The notes: generated by a model from the letters alone, not told the origin. A stretch of DNA of 64,000 nt from Eledone cirrhosa (GCA_964016885.1 OZ024743.1:330956001-331020000); one strand, 5' to 3'; shown: positions 1 through 14,680, numbered from the stretch's first letter. Program-made: numbers and translations.

Positions 1-3000
1 CAACTTCAACATTTACCACAATAGCAACAACAAAAACTTCAACATTTACCACAATAGCAACAACAAAAACTTCCTCATTTACCAAAATAGCAACAACAAA
101 AACTTCCTCATTTGCCACAATAGCAACAACAAAAACTTCAACATTTACCACAATAGCAACAACAACAACTTCAACATTTACCACAATAGCAACAACAAAA
201 ACTTCAACATTTACCACAATAGCAACAACAACAACTTCAACATTTACCACAATAGCAATAACAACAACTACAACATTTACCACAACAGCAACAACATCAA
301 CAACAACATTTACAACAATAGCAAGAACAACAAATAGAACATTTACTACAATAGCAACAACAACAACAGCAACATTTACCACAATAGCAACAACAACAAC
401 TACAGCATTTATCACAATAGCAACAACTACAACATTTACCACAATTGCAACAACACAACACTACAACATTTACCACAATAGCAACAACAACAACTTCAAC
501 ATGTAACAAAATAGCAACAACAACAACTACAACATTTACCACAATAGCATCAACAACAACTACAACATTTATCACAATAGCAACAACAACAACACTACAA
601 CATTTACCACAATAGCAACAACAACAACTACAACATTTACCGCAATAGCAACAACATCAACAACAACATTTACCACAATAGCAACAACAACAACTACAAC
701 ATTTACCACAATAGCAACAACAACAACAACTACAACATTTACCACAATAGCAACAACAACAACTACAACATTTACTAAAATATCAACAACAATAACAACA
801 ACAACAACAACATTTACCACAATAGCAACAACAACAACTACAACATTTACTACAATAGCAACAACAACAACAACAACAACATTTACCACAATAGCAACAA
901 CATCTACGACATTTACCACAATAGCAACAACAACTACATTTACCACAATAGCAACAACACCGACAACATTTACCACAATAGCAACAACAGCAACTACAAC
1001 ATTTACCACAATAGTAACAACAACAACAACTACAACATTTACCACAATAGCAACAACAACAACTTCAACATTTACCACAATAGCAACAACAAAAACTTCA
1101 ACATTTACCACAATAGCAACAACAACAGCTACAAAATGTAACAAAATAGCAAGAACAACAAATAGAACATTTACTACAATAGCAACAACATCACAACAAC
1201 ATTTACCACAATAGCAGCAACAACAACAACTACAACATTTACCACAATAGCAACAACAACAACTACAACATTTACCACAATAGCAACAACAACAACTACA
1301 GCATTTATCACAATAGCAACAACTACAACATTTACCACAATAGCAACAACAACAACTTAAACATTTGCCACAATAGCAACAACACAACACTACACCATTT
1401 ACCACAATAGCAACAACTACAACATTTACCACAATAGCAACAACAACTACAACATTTACCACTATAGCAACAACAGCAACTACAACATTTACCACAACAG
1501 CAGCAACAACAACTACAACATTTACCACAATAGCAACAACAACAACTACAACATTTACCACAATAGCAGCAGCAACAACAACAACAACAACTACAACATT
1601 TACTACAATAGCAACATCAACAAGTACAACATTTACCAGAATAGCAACAACAAAAACTACAACATTTAGAACAATAGCAACAACAACAACAACTACAACA
1701 TTTACCACAATAGCAACAACAACAACTACACCATTTACCACAATAGCAACAACAACATCTACAACATTTACCACAATAGCAACATCAACAACTACAACAC
1801 TTACCACAACAGAAACAACAACAACAACAACATTTACCACAACAGCAACAACAAAAACTAAAACATTTACCACAATAGCAACAACAACTACAACATATAC
1901 CACAATAGCAACAACAACAACAACTACAACATTTACCACAATAGCAACAACAACAACTTCAACATTTACCACAATAGCAACAACAAAAACTTCCTCATTT
2001 ACCACAATAGCAACAACAAAAACTTCAACATTTACCACAATAGCAAAAACAACATCTTCAACATTTACCACAATAGCAACAACAACAACTTCAACATTTA
2101 CCACAATAGCAACATTAAAAACTTCAACATTTACCACAATAGCAACAACATCAACAACAACAACATTTACCACAACAGCAAAAACAACAACACCATTTAC
2201 TACAATAGCAACATCAACAACAACAATATTTACCACAACAGCAACAACAACAACAACTGCAACATTTACCACAATAGCAGCAACAACAACAACTACAACA
2301 TTTACCACAACAGCAACAACAACAACAACTACAACATTTACCACAATAGCAGCAACAAAAACAATTACAACATTTACTACAATAGCAACAACAACAACAA
2401 CAACTACAACATTTACTACAATAGCAGCAACAACAACAACTACAACATTTACTACAATAGCAGCAACAACAACAATTACAACATTTACTACAATAGCAAC
2501 AACAACAACAACTACAACATTTACCACAACAGCAACAACAACAACTAGAACATTTACCACAATAGCAACAACAACAACCACACATTTACCACAATAGCAA
2601 CAACATCAACAACAACAACATTTACCACAATAGCAACAACAACCACTACAACATTTACCACAACAGCAACAACAACAACTACAACATTTACCACAATAGC
2701 AACAACAGCAACTACAACATTTACCACAATACTAACAAAAACAACTACAACATTTACCACAACAGCAACAACAACAACTACAACATTTACCACAATAGCA
2801 ACAACCACAACTACAACATTTACCACAATAGCAACAACATCCTGAACATTTACTCCAATAGCAAAAACAATAGCTACAACATGTAACAAAATAGCAACAA
2901 CAACAACAGCAACATTTACCACAATAGCAACAACAACAACTACAAATTTACCACAATAGCAACAACAACAACTACAGCATTTATCACAATAGCAACAACT

Positions 3001-5385
3001 ACAACATTTACCACAATTGCAACAACATTTACCACAATAGCAACAACAACAACTTCAACATGTAACAAAATAGCAACAACAACAACTACAACATTTACCA
3101 CAATAGCAACAACAACTACAACATTTACCACAATAGCAACAGCAACAACTACAACATTTACCACAATAGCAACAACAACTACAACATTTACCACAATAGC
3201 AACAACAACAACAACTACAACATTTAGCACAATAGCAACAACAACAACTACAACATTTACCAGAATAGCAACAACAACAACTACAACATTTACCACAATA
3301 GCAACAACAACAACTACAACATTTACCACAATAGCAACAAAAACAACAACAACTACAACATTTACCACAATAGCAACAACAACAACTACACCATTTACCA
3401 CAATAGCAACAACAACAACTACAACATTTACCACAATAGCAACAACAACAACTACACCATTTACCACAATAGCAAAATCAACAACAACATTTACCACAAC
3501 AGCAACAACAACAACAACTAAAACATTTACCACAATAGCAACAACAACTACAACATATACCACAATAGCAACAACATCTACGACATTTACCACAATAGCA
3601 ACAACAACTACATTTACCACAATAGCAACAACACCGACAACATTTACCACAATAGCAACAACAGCAACTACAACATTTACCACAATAGTAACAACAACAA
3701 CAACTACAACATTTACCACAATAGCACCAACAACAACTTCAACATTTACCACAATAGCAACAACAACAACTTCAACATTTACCACAATAGCAACAACAAA
3801 AACTTCAACATTTACCACAATAGCAACAACAACAACTTCAACATTTACCACAATAGCAACAACAAAAACTTCAACATTTACCACAATAGCAACAACAAAA
3901 ACTTCCTCATTTACCAAAATAGCAACAACAAAAACTTCCTCATTTGCCACAATAGCAACAACAAAAACTTCAACATTTACCACAATAGCAACAACAACAA
4001 CTTCAACATTTACCACAATAGCAACAACAAAAACTTCAACATTTACCACAATAGCAACAACAACAACTTCAACATTTACCACAATAGCAATAACAACAAC
4101 TACAACATTTACCACAACAGCAACAACAGCAACAACAACATTTACAACAATAGCAAGAACAACAAATAGAACATTTACTACAATAGCAACAACAACAACA
4201 GCAACATTTACCACAATAGCAACAACAACAACTACAGCATTTATCACAATAGCAACAACTACAACATTTACCACAATTGCAACAACACAACACTACAACA
4301 TTTACCACAATAGCAACAACAACAACTTCAACATGTAACAAAATAGCAACAACAACAACTACAACATTTACCACAATAGCATCAACAACAACTACAACAT
4401 TTATCACAATAGCAACAACAACAACACTACAACATTTACCACAATAGCAACAACAACAACTACAACATTTACCGCAATAGCAACAACATCAACAACAACA
4501 TTTACCACAATAGCAACAACAACAACTACAACATTTACCACAATAGCAACAACAACAACAACTACAACATTTACCACAATAGCAACAACAACAACTACAA
4601 CATTTACTAAAATATCAACAACAATAACAACAACAACAACAACATTTACCACAATAGCAACAACAACAACTACAACATTTACTACAATAGCAACAACAAC
4701 AACAACAACAACATTTACCACAATAGCAACAACATCTACGACATTTACCACAATAGCAACAACAACTACATTTACCACAATAGCAACAACACCGACAACA
4801 TTTACCACAATAGCAACAACAGCAACTACAACATTTACCACAATAGTAACAACAACAACAACTACAACATTTACCACAATAGCAACAACAACAACTTCAA
4901 CATTTACCACAATAGCAACAACAAAAACTTCAACATTTACCACAATAGCAACAACAACAGCTACAACATGTAACAAAATAGCAAGAACAACAAATAGAAC
5001 ATTTACTACAATAGCAACAACATCACAACAACATTTACCACAATAGCAGCAACAACAACAACTACAACATTTACCACAATAGCAACAACAACAACTACAA
5101 CATTTACCACAATAGCAACAACAACAACTACAGCATTTATCACAATAGCAACAACTACAACATTTACCACAATAGCAACAACAACAACTTAAACATTTGC
5201 CACAATAGCAACAACACAACACTACAACATTTACCACAATAGCAACAACTACAACATTTACCACAATAGCAACAACAACTACAACATTTACCACAATAGC
5301 AACAACAACAGCAACAACAATAACAACATTTACCACAATAGCAACAACAACAGCAACAACAATAACAACATTTACCACAACAGCA
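1..5385. repeat. AAC-based minisatellite, ~27-36-bp unit ACATTTACCACAATAGCA(ACA)nACTACA, with a 3832-bp higher-order duplication
   Basis: 1-~1465 recurs at 3833-~5297 with the same rare variants; ORF ends 572/575 recur at 4404/4407. Confidence 0.95.
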
Positions 5386-5520
5386 ATGACCTCAACAACA
5401 AAAGAAGCAGCAGCACCATCCACCATAACAACATCAACAGTAACAACAACTGCAGTCTTTAGTGACATCAACTGTAAACATATAGATGAAGTAGTTTTCA
5501 TGTCAGATTTAACATCAAAT

Positions 5521-6360
<840 letters not shown>

Positions 6361-6477
6361 GGTGCATCGTTCTTTGCTGTTTTGGCCCAGAACAGTACTC
6401 CAATAGTAGCTATAAAAGCCATTCCAAATGTGACCATCCCGTCATTGAAGAGTTACCACGGACTATTATATATATAG

Positions 6478-6608
6478 GGGGGGGGTTGGCAGTATCGGTA
6501 GAGCGTCAGACACCCTTCTGTGCAGCATAGAGTTATGGCCCTTTACGTTCTGAGTTCAAATCTTGCCGAGGTTAACCCTTTGCCTTTGATTCTTACAGGG
6601 TGATGAAA
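6478..6608 (+). mobile_element. Nin-type SINE, 3'-truncated
   Basis: A and B boxes and the start of the Nin-type domain. Confidence 0.85.
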
Positions 6609-6626
6609 GTGATATTATTTTGGATT

Positions 6627-7830
6627 TTAGTGGTGGTAATGTAGGTGGTAGTATTGGTGGTGGGGTGGTGGTAGGAGTGGTGATGGTGGTAGGGGTGTTG
6701 ATGGTGGTGGTGGTGATGGTGGTGGTGATGGTGGTAGGGGTGGTGATGGTGGTAGTATTGGTGGTGGGGTGGTGGTAGGGGTGGTGATGGTGGTAGGGTG
6801 GTGATGGTGGTGGTGGTGATGGTGGTGATGGTGGTGGTGATGATGGTAGGGGTGGTGATGGTGGTAGTATTGGTGGTGGGGTGGTGGTAGGGGTGGTGAC
6901 GGTGGTAGGGGTGTTGATGGTGGTGGTGGTGATGGTGGTGGTGGTGGTGGTGATGATGGTAGGGGTGGTGATGGTGGTAGTATTGGTGGTGGGGTAGTGG
7001 TAGGGGTGGTTATGGTGGTAGGGGTGTTGATGGTAGTGGTGGTGATGGTGATAGGGGTGGTGATGGTGGTAGTATTGGTGGTGGGGTGGTGGTAGGGGTG
7101 GTGATGGTGGTAGGGGTGGTGGTGGTGGTGGTGTGATGGTGGTGGTGATGGTGGTAGGGGTGATGGTGGCGGTGATGGTGGTAGTGTGATGGTGGTGGTG
7201 ATGGTGGTAGGGGTGGTGGTGGTGGTGATGGTGGTGGTGTGATGGTGATGGTGATAATGGTGGTGGTGGTTGTGGTGGTGGTGGTGGTGGTGGTGGTGAT
7301 GGTGATGGTGGTGGTGCTGATGGTAGGGGTGGTGATGGTGGTAGTATTGGTGGTGGGGTGGTGGTAGGGGTGGTGATGGTGGTAGGGGTGGTGATGGTGG
7401 TGGTGGTGATGATGGTGATGGTAGTGATGATGGTGGTGGTGATGGTGGTAGGGGTGGTGGTGGTGGTGTGATGGTGGTGGTGATGCTGGTAGGGGTGATG
7501 GTGGCGGTGATGGTGGTAGTGTTATGGTGGTGGTGATGGTGGTAGGGGTGGTGGTGGTGGTGTGATGGTGGTGGTGATGGTGGTAGGGGTGATGGTGGCG
7601 GTGATGGTGGTAGTGTTATGGTGGTGGTGATGGTGGTAGGGGTGGTGATGGTGGTGGTGGTGATGATGGTGGTGGTAGTGATGATGGTGGTGGTGATGGT
7701 GGTAGGGGTGGTGGTGGTGGTGTGATGGTGGTGGTGATGGTGGTAGGGGTGATGGTGGTGGTGGCGGTGGTGGTGGTGGTGGTGGTGTTGGTGGTGGAGG
7801 TGGTGGTGATGGTGGAGGTGGTGGTGAAGG
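6627..7830. repeat. (GGT/GAT)n G-rich degenerate repeat with recurring GGTAGGGGTGG
   Basis: Direct reading of the sequence. Confidence 0.95.
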
Positions 7831-8137
7831 GGGTCATATCGTTTGTTTTGATGCTGGTATTATCGTTGTTGTTAATGTTAACGTTGCTGTTGTTGTTGTT
7901 GTTGTTGTTGGTGGTGGTGTATGTACCACCAAGGTACAGTGACCACACACACCTGTGCACCAATAAGGAGCAGCGACCATCAACAATACAACACTATTGC
8001 CCCCACTCACAGCAGTACAACCTCAGGGTGCACTCGTACACCACCAAATATCACCAAATATCAGTTACCATCAACAATACAACACTATTGCCCACACTCA
8101 CAGCAGTACAAACTCAAAGTGCACTCATATATATAGT

Positions 8138-8333
8138 AATAATTGTTTCTACTTTTTGACACAAGGCCAGCAATTACCCAGTGCATTACTGGTACTTTAT
8201 TTTATCAACCCCGTAAGGATGAAAGGCAAAGTTATCCTCGGCTGGATTTGAACTCAGAACGTAAATGGCCATAACTCTATGCCTCAAAGTATGTTGTCCG
8301 ACGCTCTACAGTTACTGCCAATCCGCCGCCCTT
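8138..8333 (-). mobile_element. Nin-type SINE
   Basis: Same family in reverse orientation. Confidence 0.88.
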
Positions 8334-8717
8334 CAACACTATATTGCACATACCACAGTGCACCAGCAAATTGCAGTTAAAAACAAATCAAACCAATTGT
8401 ACACACACATATGAGCGTCATCCCTATACAACAACCAATAAAACAACAACGTTACATATTAAGGTGCAGTAATAACCTACAAATTGTTGTTGCACATATA
8501 CAGTTTTGCAACACCAATATGCACTGACAAATAGCAACAATACAACCCGTTTGCACCCATGTAGTTGCGCAACATCACGGTGCAGTGGCCACCATTAAAA
8601 CAACACAGCAACATACATACATGTGCAGCGTAAAGGTGCAGTGCACAACAACACCAATACACTATTGCATGTACACATTAATGCAACAATGTGTTTTATG
8701 AAGAAATGATTGCTTAA

Positions 8718-8793
8718 ACTACTACTACTACTATTATTACTACTACTAATACTACTACTACTACTATTACCACTACTACTATTATTACTACTT

Positions 8794-8838
<45 letters not shown>

Positions 8839-8843
8839 TTATA

Positions 8844-8877
<34 letters not shown>

Positions 8878-8881
8878 TTAT

Positions 8882-8928
<47 letters not shown>

Positions 8929-8937
8929 ATACTACTG

Positions 8938-8970
<33 letters not shown>

Positions 8971-8971
8971 T

Positions 8972-9018
<47 letters not shown>

Positions 9019-9072
9019 TTACTACTACTACTACTACTACTAATAATAATAATAATAATACTACCACTACTA

Positions 9073-9110
<38 letters not shown>

Positions 9111-9124
9111 ACTACTACCACCAG

Positions 9125-9168
<44 letters not shown>

Positions 9169-9216
9169 TTATTACTACTACTACTACTAATATTATTACT
9201 ACTACTAATACTACTG

Positions 9217-9266
<50 letters not shown>

Positions 9267-9280
9267 ACTACTACCACCAG

Positions 9281-9323
<43 letters not shown>

Positions 9324-9423
9324 GCTACTACTACTACTACCACTACTACTGCTGCTGCTGCTGCTACTACTACTACTGCTGCTGCTGCTACTACTACTAC
9401 TCCTACTACTACTACTACTACTG

Positions 9424-9482
<59 letters not shown>

Positions 9483-9552
9483 GCAGCTTCTGCTGTTGTT
9501 ACAGTTGATGCTGCTACTACTACCACCACTACTACTACTATAACTACTACTG

Positions 9553-9583
<31 letters not shown>

Positions 9584-9611
9584 CACTACTACTGCTACTG
9601 CTGCTCTGCTG

Positions 9612-9652
<41 letters not shown>

Positions 9653-9716
9653 GCTACTACTACTACTACTGCTGTTGCTGCTGCTGCTGCTGCTGCTACT
9701 ACTGTTGCTGCTGCTG

Positions 9717-9772
<56 letters not shown>

Positions 9773-9905
9773 GTTGCTGCTACTACTACTACTACTACTG
9801 CAGCTTCTGCTGCTAGTGGTGATGATGCCACAGTTACAGCTGCTGCTGCTACTGCTGCTGCAGCTGCCACAGTTGCTGCTGCTAGTGCTGGCGCTGCTGC
9901 TGTTG
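8718..9905. repeat. (CTA/CTG)n compound microsatellite, followed by (CA/TA)n low complexity to about 10900
   Basis: Direct reading of the sequence. Confidence 0.95.
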
Positions 9906-10824
9906 CACTGCCTTGCACTGCAATGTTATAAAACCATGTGACATAACTCCACGTGCAGCACACACATACACAAACACACACGCCACTTACATGTATATAT
10001 ATTACACACATACACACACACCACCTATACATACATATGCACATACACACATATACACATACAAAACCTATATATACATTCACACTCACAAACACACACA
10101 TCACTTATATAAATACACACACACCACATATACATACACACACACCTTCTATACATACATATACACACATATACACACACTTATATATACGCACACACCA
10201 CATATACATACACACAGGCATACACACACCTTCTATACATATATACACACACATATATACTCATACCACATATATACATACACGCACAAACACACACCAC
10301 TTATCTACACACACACCTATACATACATACACAGTCATACACACACACCTATACATGCATACACACACATATATACATACATACACGCACATATATACAT
10401 ACACAGACAAACGTAAATGTAAACGTACGCTCTCATACACAAATAAACATACTCACACATATATATGTGTATATACACATAGGTACATATATCCGACGTG
10501 TCACTAACACAGACACATATACACACAGAGACGCAAATGTACACTCACATGCACAAATATATACACATCGACACACACACACACTACACAGTCTCACATA
10601 TCCAAAGCATACATACACACACACACACTCTCACACACACAGTTAAACGCAAATGTACGCACACATACACACTCACGCAGATAAATCCGCGCACACATAA
10701 ACGTAAAAGCACACACACATACACACATACACATACATACACACACACACACACAATCTATCACAGGCATTGACTATTCTTAATGTTTATCTATTTATCT
10801 GTTTCTTCTTTAAATCTCTTTCTC

Positions 10825-10909
<85 letters not shown>

Positions 10910-11039
10910 GTGAGGTTTTTTTACAAAATGAAAAATAACCGAGGTGTCCTATACGAGTGAAAGTATAAAGAAAAAGAGATGAAATCGAAAATGCAACTGG
11001 AGTCTTATTTTTTTTTTAAATATATATATTTATTTGGTT

Positions 11040-11077
11040 CCTTTACCGGTTTCGCAGTTCTTCTGCTTTTCAAAAGG
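11040..11077 (-). ncRNA. Minimal type I hammerhead ribozyme, U3-A8 variant
   Basis: CCTT-TTGAAAA-GCAG-aagaa-CTGC-GAAA-CCG-GTA-AAGG, with palindromic stem III (ACCGGT) and AATAAA just downstream. Confidence 0.75.
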
Positions 11078-11190
11078 TGAGTTGAGATGGAGGGTCTGTG
11101 GTTTTTCTCACATCTAGTACAATTGAACAACAAGTGTTATAGACACCATATATATTTCCGTGGATACTTAGAACCTACTGGAATATTTAT

Positions 11191-11261
<71 letters not shown>

Positions 11262-11334
11262 GTGCGGAAGAAGCAAACATTAAACAATCTTTTAAATAAA
11301 TTAAAATACGATTTAAATATTCACCTGTTCTAGT

Positions 11335-11414
11335 GCTGTGACCGACGGTTTCGCTTATCAAAAGATTGGAAATTCAGAGAATTTCCAATGGAAAGAATCA
11401 GCTCTTCAGACTGC
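11335..11414 (-). ncRNA. Type I hammerhead ribozyme, inverted copy of 11734-11813
   Basis: Reverse complement is identical to 11734-11813 except for one stem I mismatch (GCAGT). Confidence 0.85.
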
Positions 11415-11733
11415 TTGTTCCGCTCATTTTTATAGTTCTGGTATCTCAAATTAGTACCATTGAACAACAACTGTTATAGACACCATGTATATTTCCGTGG
11501 GTACTTAGTACCTACTGGAATATTTATATAATTTATATGTATTCTCATGTAGAGAAAAAAATGTTGTATCGTGCTATTATTTTTAGTAACATGAAATATC
11601 AACAAGCCTATAATTCCCGTTTTTTCTTACGGCCTATTTATGTGTGGGTCACTTTAACAGCCTGGCCTCATGCAACGGGCAGAAAACGATATATTTACTA
11701 ACTACGAGGCTTTGTGCCCTGTGGATGGAAATA

Positions 11734-11813
11734 GCTGTCTGAAGAGCTGATTCTTTCCATTGGAAATTCTCTGAATTTCCAATCTTTTGATAAGCGAAAC
11801 CGTCGGTCACAGC
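11734..11813 (+). ncRNA. Type I hammerhead ribozyme, canonical core
   Basis: GCTGT-CTGAAGA-GCT[ATTGGAAATTC/GAATTTCCAAT hairpin]AGC-GAAA-CCGTCG-GTC-ACAGC: 5-bp stem I and a GUC triplet, with predicted cleavage after 11808. Confidence 0.9.
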
Positions 11814-11988
11814 ACGAGAACAGGTGAATATTTAAATCGTATTTTAATTTATTTAAAAGATTGTTTATTCTTTGCTTGTTCCGCTCATTTTTATAGTTCT
11901 GGTATCTCAAATTAGTACAATTGAACAACAAGTGTTATAGACACCATATATATTTCCGTGGGTACTTAGAACCTACTGGAATATTTAT

Positions 11989-12065
<77 letters not shown>

Positions 12066-12071
<6 letters not shown>

Positions 12072-12540
12072 TGCAAACGCTGCTAAGAGTAATGCAATCG
12101 CTTGTCAGATTATAGAGGTTCGCTACGGCCAGCCACATGAACCTGTAACATATCCTGAACAAGCAATGGTTGTGCTTTGAAGATTTTTTAAGTGGAGAAA
12201 GGCCTTGCACTCGACGAATCCCACTCTCTGAGAATCGAAAACACAACCCATAAAGGAGAACTGGTCAACATCATCGGATGCTTCCGAAGCCGCAGGTTTA
12301 CTTTTTTTCCCTGTCTTAGAAAAGTGTTGTGACAACAACTGAGGGCCTTTCACTCTCGTTGACTCTGCTGAGTTACTCCGGCCTTTCTCTGGTCTTGTAT
12401 TTCATCCCACAGGGTGTCCAAGTATCACTTTCCTCACCAAGCTAGCCTGGTGGGGCTGCCGGTTTAGTTGCCGACGACCCCGACCATGAGACAGGTTGTA
12501 CTGGGTTACATGTTACCAGTAGCACTCGAGAGAGACCTGA
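12066..12540 (-). mobile_element. Non-autonomous RTE-derived element
   Basis: Shares the GAGAGTGGGA...GCCTTT...CAC...AAAA block and the GCAGCCATC tail with 20515-20922, and lies between (TA)n tracts. Confidence 0.55.
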
Positions 12541-12792
12541 CACATATATATATTATACTCTGTCAAGTTCTATACCTCGATACTGACGTGAAACATCAAC
12601 TGCTCACCTGGGTGAACCTACAGTAACTATGTATATATAGTATTGAAGTAAACGAGGTATCGTTTAAGATAATCCAAATAGAGGATTTTAACGTACGGCG
12701 TTGTTTGACTCAACATGTTTACTTAGTTGTGGCGTTCGGATGACCGATGTTGGACAGTTCCTAGGTAAGCAGTTCCTGGAGTATTAATAATG

Positions 12793-13007
12793 GTTTCTTA
12801 TATAGGCACAAGGCCAGTAATTTGGGGGAAGGGGAAAGTCGATTAAATCGACCCCAGTGCGTGACTGGTACTTTATTTTATCGACCCCATAAGGATGAAA
12901 GGCAAAGTTAACCTCGGCGGCATTTGAGCTCAAATCATAAAGGGCCGTAACTCCATGCTGCAAAGCATGGCGTCCGACCCTCTACCGATACTGCCAATCC
13001 ACCGCCC
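12793..13007 (-). mobile_element. tRNA-derived SINE with Nin/Deu-type domain, full length with TSD
   Basis: A box TGGCAGTATCGG, B-box-like GAGCTCAAATGC and GCCTTTCATCCTT...GGGGTCGATAAAATAAAGTACCAG. 20-bp TSD TTCCTGGAGTATTAATAATG at 12773-12792 and 13008-13027. Confidence 0.9.
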
Positions 13008-13123
13008 TTCCTGGAGTATTAATAATGAAAGAATGAAGAATAACACGGATAAGTTATACAGTAAGGTTTATTCCTGATCAATAGCTAAACGCGCGTCACC
13101 AATCAATAAACGTAATGAAAGCG

Positions 13124-13161
<38 letters not shown>

Positions 13162-13224
13162 AATTTCGTATTTCTAAAGAAACACGGTATTTAGGAAGCC
13201 GTAGCTATGCAAACACAGGGTGAC

Positions 13225-13270
13225 AACCGTCTATGCATTTCAGACTTGACTGGTCTTCACCAGGACAGTC
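13225..13270 (-). ncRNA. Type I hammerhead ribozyme with A6G core change
   Basis: GACTGTC-CTGGTGA-AGAC-cagtcaa-GTCT-GAAA-TGC-ATA-GACGGTT. Lies between direct repeats at 13161 and 13443 (282 bp apart). Confidence 0.7.
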
Positions 13271-13796
13271 CCTCCCACGTTTGCAACTGCTGGACTTGAG
13301 AACAGTCGAGAATATATAGCTTTCTCGTCTGTGTAAATGAGGTGATTAATCTCATTTGCATATGAAGTTGCATAAGTTGGCTCAACTTATAAAATAGAAA
13401 TAGAATTTAGCTTCAAGCATAGTTGTATACAGGTATGTATAGAAATTTCGTATTTCTAAAGAAATCTATTATAGTAGATGTTGTTAGTGGGTAGGAATGG
13501 AGTAGGAGGAATTGGAGCATAATGGTCATAGGAATAGAGGATGGCGGGGCTTATAGGTTGAAGGGTTATTTTTAAGTGAAGAATCAACAATAAAAAGTGG
13601 GTTATATAAGAAAACAAATGGTTAAAGCTATCTTACTCAATAACACCAAATATAGCACAAAGTATCGCTTATCTAATAGGACCAAACACAGCAGACACGG
13701 ATCCCATGGTACAACCAACTCGACCATAGAACTATTGCCACCAACGAGAGAAGTGCTCATAGGACTCCATATTCCTAACTATTTATGCAGCGTTGT

Positions 13797-14015
13797 GAAG
13801 GTATGTGGCTGAGTGGTTAGAGAATTAGATTCACAATCTTGAGGTTGTGAGTTCGATTCCTGGACCGGGTGATGCGTTATGTCCTTGAGCAAGACACTTT
13901 ATTTCACGTTGCTCCTTCTACCTGGAGTTGCGACCGGTAGATAGTACTAACAAATGGCAAGACCAATGGAAACATTGTTTCCTCGTTTCGATTTGACGAA
14001 AGTCGATCGATCCAT
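13797..14015 (+). mobile_element. tRNA-derived SINE with CORE/Meta-type central domain
   Basis: TGGCTGAGTGG A box, GAGTTCGATTCC B box and TGTCCTTGAGCAAGACACTT. A second copy lies at 37621-37840. Confidence 0.88.
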
Positions 14016-14129
14016 TTTTTTTATGTAGTGTAGAAATGTGGGGCTACCACCAGCAGAGAAAAGTATATACCGCTATCAACCTCGTCAAACATCAATTTTG
14101 ACCATTTCAAATATCATGAAACAGGAAGA

Positions 14130-14680
14130 TATATGTTGTAGTTTAACCCTAGGTCCGCCTTGGCCAAGAAGATCTATGGTTTTATTTAACCCTAGGTCAG
14201 CCCTGACCAAGAAGATCTGTTATTATTTAACCCTAGGGTTAAATAAGGGCGGTGGATGGGCAGAATCGGTAGAGGGTCGGACGCCATGCTTTGAAGCATA
14301 GAGTTATGGCCCTTTACGATCTGAGTTCAAATCCCGCCGAGGCTGACTTTGCCTTTCATCCTTACGAGGTCGATAAAATAAAGTACCAGTCACGCACTGG
14401 GGTCGATTTACTCGAATTTCTCCTCTCCCCAAAATTACTGGCCTTGTGCCTAAATTAGAAATCATTATTTAACCCTAGGTCACTTCTGACCTAGGGTTAA
14501 ATAATAAAGATAGGGTTAAATAAAGAAGATCTGTTTTTATTTAACCCTAGGTCAGTCCTGATCAAGAAGATCAGTTTTTATTTAACCCTAGGTCAGTCCT
14601 GACCAAGAAGATCTGTTGTTATTTAACCCTAGGTCAGCCCTGACCAAGATCTTTGTTGTTATTTAACCCTAGGTCAGAAT
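14130..14680. repeat. ~40-bp tandem TTTAACCCTAGGTCAGCCCTGACCAAGAAGATCTG interrupted by a SINE
   Basis: About 8 full or partial units, plus short inverted pieces. Confidence 0.85.
14245..14469 (+). mobile_element. Nin-type SINE, full length
   Basis: A-box-like head, GAGTTCAAATCC B box, Nin-type domain and tail. Confidence 0.9.

Noticed and set aside
297-5501. Long Val-rich and Cys-rich minus-strand ORFs (up to 669 aa)
   Set aside because: They are translations of a GTT-based minisatellite, switch between V and C frames at indels, and have no domain content.
12400-12540. HDV-like ribozyme at the 5' end of the RTE-derived element
   Set aside because: A CTAA-ACCGG segment is suggestive, but I could not build P1/P3/L3 of the nested double pseudoknot.
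14140-14675. Interstitial telomeric repeat (TAACCCT)
   Set aside because: Only a single TAACCCTA per 40-bp unit, not tandem TTAGGG.
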